Source of the DNA: a bacterium
Lineage (GTDB): Bacteria; RBG-13-61-14; DATKZS01
NCBI GenBank assembly: GCA_963674965.2
Contig: CAXXFL010000002.1
Location: 1 to 64,000 of the forward strand
Direction of reading: 5' to 3'
DNA length: 64,000 nt
The position numbers and the translations under genes were made by a program. How positions within the stretch are numbered: the stretch's first letter is position 1; each line of letters starts with the position of its first letter. The notes beneath the pieces are model-generated. The model worked only from the letters and a program-made list of their open reading frames with translations. It was not told where the DNA came from and ran no database searches. This document shows, in pieces, positions 57,593-64,000 of the stretch.

Positions 57593-58893
57593 ATTTCCTT
57601 GATCTCCAGCGACTTGAAAGTGATCGAGACCTTTCCAGTCGAGCCGTCGTAGCCGATCCTTTCTATGAGCACGTTCAGGAGCCGGGCCTGCTCGCGGGAG
57701 TTGAGCGAGTCTCAGATGTTATCGAAGGTCGCCAGTTCATCGACCACCTCCTTTTCGTTCACGGCCCCGCGCCGCAGTTGAATGATCTCCTCCTTGATTT
57801 GGGTCATTCTGTGCTCGGCTGTCCTGATCTGGTCCTGGAGGTCCGCGAGGTAATCTGTCTCCAGGGTCCCGTCGTCCTTCCTGGCGATTGGCTCCTTGAC
57901 CACCTTTCGCAACTTCAGGTTCAAGCGCCTGAGCTCGCCGGTCAACTCGTCGCGCTCGGTATCGAGCACCTTCAGCTTGCTTTCGACGCGGTGCCTGGCG
58001 TGGCCGATTGTCGCGGCGATCAGTTCTTCATTCATGCCAATTCCCCGAATGTGTCTGACCACTTCCTGTTCGATGTCGTGACCGTTGAGGGATTTGGAGG
58101 GGCAGGAATTATAGCCGTTCTTCTGGGCGTTCATGCAGACGTAATATCGGTAGCGCTTTTCCTTCTTTATGACGTAGGAAGGAGACATGGCCGTTCCGCA
58201 AGGGACGCAGTAGAGCAGGCCTTTCAGCAGAGCGCCGTACTTGTTGCGAACCGCATAGGAATTACCGTGGCAGTTGCCGCTCATGATGTCCTGGACCTTT
58301 TGCCATATCTCCGGCTCGACTATGGCTTTGTGCTCGCCTTCGTAGATCTCATCCTTGTACTTGATCCTGCCGGTGTAGATGATGTCGGTCAGAAGCCGGT
58401 GCAGGTTGGTTTTGTTGAAATGCTTGCCGTCCCGTTTGTGTCCCTTCTTGGTCGTCCATTCCTTGGTTCTCCAGCCCAGGTGGTTCAACTCCTTTACGAC
58501 CGGCATCATGGTGGTGTGCTCCAGGTACAGCTCGTAGATGGCACGAACCCGTTCCGCCTCCTTCTTGTTGACATGGATGCGGCCGCCGCGAGGGTCGATG
58601 TCGTAGCCCAACACGGGCATGCCGCCTGTCCACTTGCCTTTCTGGCGGGCGGCTGACATCTTGTCGCGTGTACGTTCGGCAATGATCTCGCGTTCGAACT
58701 GGGCAAAGGAAAGGAGCATGTTCAGAGTGAGGCGGCCCATTGAGTCAGTGGTCGAGAACCGCTGGGTGACCGAGACGAAGCTCACGCCTTGACGCTCGAA
58801 ATTTTCCACGAGGCGGCTGAAGTCGAGGAGCGAGCGGGATAGCCGGTCCACCTTGTAGACCACCACCACGTCGATCTCCCCGGCCTCGATGTC
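57593..58893 (-). pseudogene. Third large serine recombinase: inverted fragment with premature stop
   Basis: DIEAGEIDVVVVYKVDRLSRS..; TGA at 57712-57714 where the paralog has W; homology continues past the stop. Confidence 0.85.
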
Positions 58894-58916
58894 GGTAAGG
58901 GAGGCGGAGAAAAGGA

Positions 58917-59350
58917 ATGAAACAGCAGGAAGTGAAAAAGCGTATCAGCGAATCAGGCGGCCTCGAGGTGGAGTTCACCCTCTCTCCAAGCCAACGTCAT
59001 CGAGGCAAGAAGAAGACATCAAAACCGGCAGTAGCACCGGGCAGCATCCCCCGCGTCACCCGCCTCATGGCCCTGGCCATCAAGTTCGACGGCATGATCG
59101 CTCGCGGTGAAGTCCGCGACTATGCCGACATCGCCCGCCTCGGCTACGTCTCCCGCGCCCGCGTCACCCAGATCATGAACCTCACCAACCTCGCTCCCGA
59201 CATCCAGGAGGAAATCCTTTTCCTCCCCCGCACGTTCAAGGCCATGATCCGATCCGTGAGCAGAAACTACGGCCTATAGCAATGGAGCCGGATTGGGGGG
59301 AGCAGAGGAAACTTTGGAAACAGCTTCTTCATCAAAGACGTAGGTCATAA
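58917..59350 (+). pseudogene. Recombinase-companion HTH protein, frameshifted near the 3' end
   Basis: YADIARLGYVSRARVTQIMNL..APDIQEEIL; tail EQKLRPIAMEPDWGEQRKLW is in another frame. Confidence 0.72.
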
Positions 59351-59551
59351 AGATAGAATCCTTGTTCTTTCTTTCTCCCACTGTTCCTCTGTCCCCAGGA
59401 ATTCCAGGAAATGTTCCTTTGCGGAATCCGGATCGTCCTTTACCCACTGATTCCACATTTCTTCACCCATCTTGTCGCACTCCCCTCTGTGCCAACGTAG
59501 ATGAGACACTTCCCCTATGTTAAATTACTGTAGGGCGGGGGAGGTATTAGG

Positions 59552-60091
59552 ATGTATAGAGAGATGGATGAAGACAGGAAGAAGGCAGGGATTGTTGGGG
59601 AGACGGAGGGAGCCCGTAGGGCGACCGGAGTCTCCCCAACCGGGACGGCCGAGCCGGAGGACACTCCTGCCAAGCGGCCCGAGCGGGTGGGGGCGCCGAT
59701 CATTCTTCCCGAGCCGGAGGTCCCGGAAAAGCCCGCCCGGCGGCGCTTCACCGCGGCTTACAAGCTCGCAATCCTCGGGAAGGCCGACGCCTGCTCGGGG
59801 CATGGCGAGGTCGGCGCCCTGCTGCGCCGGGAGGGCCTTTATTCGTCGCACCTGACGGCCTGGCGCAAGCAGCGGGACGAGGGGGCCTTGAAAGCGCTTT
59901 CGCCCGTAAAGCGGGGCCGCAAGCCCAAGGCCAAAAACCCGCTGGCCGATGAAGTGGCCCGCCTCGAGCGCGAGAACGGGAAGCTCCAAAAGCGGCTCGA
60001 ACAGGCCGAGATGATAATCGACTTCCAAAAAAAAGTTGCCGATCTGCTGGGGATACCCCTGGCCAAGCCGCCCGGCGAAGAGAGCGAATGA
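59552..60091 (+). CDS. IS3-A OrfA
   Basis: Identical to 35688-36227. Confidence 0.88.
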   Translation: MYREMDEDRKKAGIVGETEGARRATGVSPTGTAEPEDTPAKRPERVGAPIILPEPEVPEKPARRRFTAAYKLAILGKADACSGHGEVGALLRREGLYSSHLTAWRKQRDEGALKALSPVKRGRKPKAKNPLADEVARLERENGKLQKRLEQAEMIIDFQKKVADLLGIPLAKPPGEESE

Positions 60092-61104
60092 TGGAATCGG
60101 CAAGCACGGCCGCTCCCCGGGTCGGCGCCAAGGCCGCCTGCGAGGCCCTGGGCCTGTCGCGAGCAACGTTTAATCGTCGCGCTAAAATTCCCTTCGGGCC
60201 TCCGCCGCCGAGGCGCGCGGCCAAGCCGGCAAGGTCGTTGAGCGAGGACGAGCGGCGCCGGGTGCTGGACGAACTCCACTCCGAGCGCTTTGCCGACAAG
60301 GCCCCCCGCGAGGTCTGGGCAACGCTCCTGGACGAGGGGACATGGCTGTGCTCGGTCCGCACCATGTACCGCGTCCTCGACTCGGAAAAGGAAGTCCGGG
60401 AGCGGCGCAACCAACTCCGGCGTCCCCGATACAAAAAACCCGAGTTGCTGGCCGAGGCCCCCAACCAGGTCTGGTCCTGGGACGTCACCAAACTCAAGGG
60501 ACCGGCCAAATGGACCTGCTACCAACTCTACGTGATCATGGACATCTTCAGCCGCTGCGTGGTGGGATGGATGATCGCCGGACGCGAAAGCGCGGAGCTG
60601 GCCCGCCGCCTGATCGGGGACAGCATCCGAAAACAGGGGATCGAGCCGGGACAACTCACCATCCACGCCGACCGGGGGAGTTCGATGAAATCAAAGCCGG
60701 TGGCCTTCTTGATGGCCGACCTGGGCGTGACCAAGAGCCACTCGCGGCCCCACGTGTCCGACGACAACCCCTACTCGGAAAGCCAGTTCAAGACCATGAA
60801 GTACCGGCCCGAGTTCCCGAGCCGGTTCGGCTCCATCGAGGACGCCAGGGCCTTTTGCGTGAAGTTTTTCGATTGGTACAACCGCGAGCATCGGCACACC
60901 GGGATCGGCCTGATGACGCCCGAGATGGTCCATTACGGAATGGCGAGCGAGATCGTGGCCGCCAGGCAAAAAACGCTCGACCACGCCTATGAAAAAAAAC
61001 CGGAGCGCTTCGTGAAAAGACCGCCGACGGCGCCGGAGTTGCCCGGCAAAGCGTGGATCAACCCACCGGCGAAACCGGAGGAAATAAACAGTTTGCCACA
61101 CTAA
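60088..61104 (+). CDS. IS3-A OrfB
   Basis: Identical to 36224-37240. Confidence 0.93.
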   Translation: MMESASTAAPRVGAKAACEALGLSRATFNRRAKIPFGPPPPRRAAKPARSLSEDERRRVLDELHSERFADKAPREVWATLLDEGTWLCSVRTMYRVLDSEKEVRERRNQLRRPRYKKPELLAEAPNQVWSWDVTKLKGPAKWTCYQLYVIMDIFSRCVVGWMIAGRESAELARRLIGDSIRKQGIEPGQLTIHADRGSSMKSKPVAFLMADLGVTKSHSRPHVSDDNPYSESQFKTMKYRPEFPSRFGSIEDARAFCVKFFDWYNREHRHTGIGLMTPEMVHYGMASEIVAARQKTLDHAYEKKPERFVKRPPTAPELPGKAWINPPAKPEEINSLPH

Positions 61105-61323
61105 ATTCAGGAAAGGCGTGTCTCATTTTGCTTGACACATTCCGCTCTTCGCAATTTTGGTTTACGAAATTTTCTATCTGCTTCTTGCTGGGCCGTCTAC
61201 GATAAATCTTTTCTTTTGGCCTGTTACAAAGCCAACATGCACAGCGTAAAATCCAGGTCTTCTCGGACTCGGACTTTGAGTCTCCCTGAGTCAAAGTATG
61301 CTTTACAGGTCCGTCGAAAAACA

Positions 61324-62673
61324 TTATTGCACCCCCTTACGGCCCAATAAATACTTCGCTAGCCGCACGAAGTGGCGAATCATTGCCTCACGGTCCTGAA
61401 GGTTACCGTAGGGTATTTCTATAACCTCATAACCTTTGCTTCTTAGTTCAGCCCTGATTTGGAGGTCACGCAGTCGTGTCTCAGCATTGCCGTGTAAATG
61501 ACCGCTCATAACCGACTTGACCTTGGAGCGGAACTCCTGGAATCGCTCGGCTAGGATGCGCTCCTCGGGGGAGAAATCTAGGTGTCGGGGATCGAGACGA
61601 CGGTCACTGAAGCGCTTGGGGTCGGTCTCTGCGTTGATCTCGCTTTTGAGCCTGCGGATGACTACCTGCTCGACCCGCTTGCGCTCGTCGGAGGTGAATT
61701 CACTGGTTCGGGTGAAGCGCACGGGGTCGAGCATTTCCAAAAGGCCTGAGAAACAGCGGGTGTGGCCGTTGTGCGGCGTCGCGGAGAGAAACAGCTTGTG
61801 TTCGAACAACGGACTAATCTGCTGGAGCATCTTGGACAGGTCGCTGTCGTCACCAAACTGGGACGGGCAGAGGTTATGGCACTCGTCTACGATCAACATG
61901 TCCCAAGGCAGGTGCGGGGAACCTTCCTGCTGTCGGCTGGCGGACAGGAATTGGCCCAAGATGTCGTGCTGGCGCAGGTAATGGTAGCTAGCGATGATCC
62001 GGGGGAATGAGCGCCAGGGGTTGATATCGAGGCCCTGGCGCTTCTGAAGAGCGTGGGTACTAGGCCGGTCAACGATATCAAAGTGCAATGAGAACTTGTC
62101 CCTCATCTCCTGCCGCCACTGGGTTCGCAGGGATGCGGGTGTCAGGATGAGTATACGGCGGACACGGCGGCGGATGAGGAGTTCGGTAAGGACTAATCCA
62201 GCCTCGACGGTTTTACCAAGACCTACATCGTCGCCGATCAGGAGCGAGATGCGGGGCATTTCCAGGGCGTGGTATAGGGGCACGAGTTGGAAATCATCCA
62301 CCTGGATGGCCCCGAAGAACGGGGAAGCCATTTTGAAGCGCTGGTCAACTTTGCATGGTTCATCGGGAGCGACAAAGGGGGTGAAGGCGGACCAGCGAGT
62401 TGAGCGAATCAGGGTGTCGAAGTCGGCGGAGGCCATGGGACTGGAGGAGTCCACCTGCGGTAGCACGGACGGCTCCAGGCACCGGGAACGCATCTCGTGC
62501 TCCCAGATGACCTGCTCCTCACGGGGACCGTCTGGGTCGGTGTACTCCAGCTGCACCAGGTGGAAGCGTCCTTCCGGTCCCGAGTCGAACGGTTCGACCG
62601 ACGATATGATGGCCCTGCGGTTGCGCACCGTGGCCAGCATTCCCACTTGGGGATGTGATGACTCCGTCGACAT
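61324..62673 (-). pseudogene. DrmD-like SNF2 helicase N-terminal half fused to an unrelated C-terminal tail
   Basis: LLIGDDVGLGKT, IVDECH, LSATPHNG; helicase C-domain absent; tail HLHGNAE..IRAELRSKGYEVIEI. Confidence 0.72.
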
Positions 62674-62799
62674 ACAATCCTCCCGATTTAGATTGAGCTT
62701 TTATCAGGTAAATATATCATGTAGTGTAAAACGGAGAAAGCGTCCGGCAAATACTATAAAAATTTAATGTGAGCGGATAGGTTTTGTATTATAAGTCCA

Positions 62800-63193
62800 A
62801 TGCATGGACCTTATGGAGGGCAAGAATCAATCGCATTAGATCAGGGTTTGGTCGTTGTGGGTTGGGATGATGTTCCTGATATGGGGCCAACAAAGAACCG
62901 GAAGGATATACGTCCAAGTCAAATCGGGAGATTCACCCTCCGATGTAAATACTGTACGGGAGCTGCAGGGGGTCCTGAACAGATTCCAGGCAAACCAGGG
63001 ACTTTTGGTTTCTTGGGGAGGCTTTAAAGGAAACGTGGAAACGGAGTCAAGGCAGATATTTTTCCAGATTCGTCTATGGGATTCTGATGATTTAATGGAC
63101 GCGCTTTTTACTCACTATGAAAAACTTTCAGAAGACATCCAGGCCGAATTGCCTCTCAAACGTATTTGGACGCTTGTTCTGCCGGATGAATAA
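62800..63193 (+). pseudogene. Mrr-like restriction endonuclease with internal deletion
   Basis: N-terminal ALDQGLVVVGW frame switches at about 62905 to YVQVKSG..VRELQG..LLVSWGGF..IRLWD..ELPLKRIW. Confidence 0.75.
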
Positions 63194-63535
63194 GATGGAG
63201 TGAAAAAATATACGAGGACAACTTATTCTTTTCCATCGTCCTCCTTGACTTCGATCAGTGATTTCGACTAGACTTTTATCGCTCGAGCGGCTCAGAAATT
63301 ATTGTTCGCCGCGCTGACTAATGGGCATTGAGCCTTCAATTCAGTCAGGGTCCGCGGGCCAATCTGAATTTCGAAAGTCTGACGGCGACTTTTAGAATTT
63401 ATGGAGATATCCCATGCAAGTTGAACGCGCCCAAGGCTGTCTCCTTGGACAGCTTGCCGGAGACGCGCTGGGCGGCCTGGTCGAGTTTCGAACTCCGGAG
63501 GACAGGGATCAGTTTTAAGCGCATATCTGGGAGGT

Positions 63536-64000
63536 ATGAAATTGAAGTATGCAAGTGTAAAGGTCATCTTGATGGCGGTGCTGGCGGTAGTTGTTATTCC
63601 AAGCGCGAAGGTAATGGGGGCTGGAACCAGGAGGATATGGTCTCCTGAATTAGAAATGATGTTCATGTCTCCCTTTCGGGATTATTATCGTCCATCCAGT
63701 TTTGAATTCATAGACACTTTGACGGCGGCCCCGCATTTCTTATTCAAGGACGTCACGATAGGGTCTGATGGAGGCTATGGATTCTCCATTATACGGCGAT
63801 CCAATCCTTATGGATGCGATAACGTGTATAAAAAAATTACCGGAGATTATGATTTGATTATTGACTCTCAAATGACTCCCTTTGGATTATATTGGGACGT
63901 TTTGGATGAGGTTCTTTATTTCAATCAAATTAAGATAAGGGACCTTGGGAATTGGAACCCCGGCGAGCAAGATATATATTCTGTAGTCTCTTTTCTGATC
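63536..64000 (+). CDS. Secreted hypothetical protein, runs off the window (not in ORF track)
   Basis: MKLKYASVKVILMAVLAVVVIPSAKVMG signal-like start; 155 codons open to the window end. Confidence 0.6.
   Translation, partial: MKLKYASVKVILMAVLAVVVIPSAKVMGAGTRRIWSPELEMMFMSPFRDYYRPSSFEFIDTLTAAPHFLFKDVTIGSDGGYGFSIIRRSNPYGCDNVYKKITGDYDLIIDSQMTPFGLYWDVLDEVLYFNQIKIRDLGNWNPGEQDIYSVVSFLI

Larger units (their letters stand above)
59483..61144 (+). mobile_element. IS3-family element A, copy 5
   Basis: CTC duplication. Confidence 0.95.
59345..61324 (-). pseudogene. Small hypothetical gene split by IS3-A copy 5
   Basis: NQNCEE|CDKMGEEMWNQW..RILSL* rejoins in frame. Confidence 0.5.

Noticed and set aside
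57712-57714. TGA as Trp (alternative genetic code) in the recombinase
   Set aside because: A single case in an already broken gene; many intact genes here end in TGA and use TGG for Trp

Overview
An IS-riddled accessory region from a GC-rich bacterium, possibly deltaproteobacterial (low confidence). About 18 kb of the 64 kb is IS DNA: five copies of IS3-family element A, two of IS3-family element B, two IS4/IS701-like, two ISL3, one IS110/IS1111 and one remnant. Layout: (1) 0.9-17.9 kb is a decaying polymorphic-toxin locus, with ankyrin and DUF2310 genes, a truncated Rhs, and three orphan Rhs-CT cassettes that share a structured leader. Two of these CTs have a Cys-His-Asp triad and are followed by pilin-like partners. 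(2) 18-27 kb holds host-like genes: thioesterase, ABC binding protein, GH51 arabinofuranosidase and SSS symporter. (3) 31.8-46.6 kb is an integrative island. It carries a serine recombinase plus two ParB-like genes, a broken second recombinase, an XRE-ImmA/PIN pair and the top candidate for a new system. That candidate is a coupled three-gene operon encoding two different divergent Ku-like proteins and a 1028-aa ATP-dependent DNA ligase fused to a WGR-like domain and a Cdc48-type AAA+ ATPase. (4) 46.8-57.4 kb is a two-component signalling cluster. (5) 57.5-63.2 kb holds an inverted recombinase remnant and deletion-collapsed DISARM-like and Mrr-like defence genes. The IS1111 element has a readable bridge/seek-RNA target loop that matches a local REP-like repeat. 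All family calls come from by-eye motif recognition; no searches were run.
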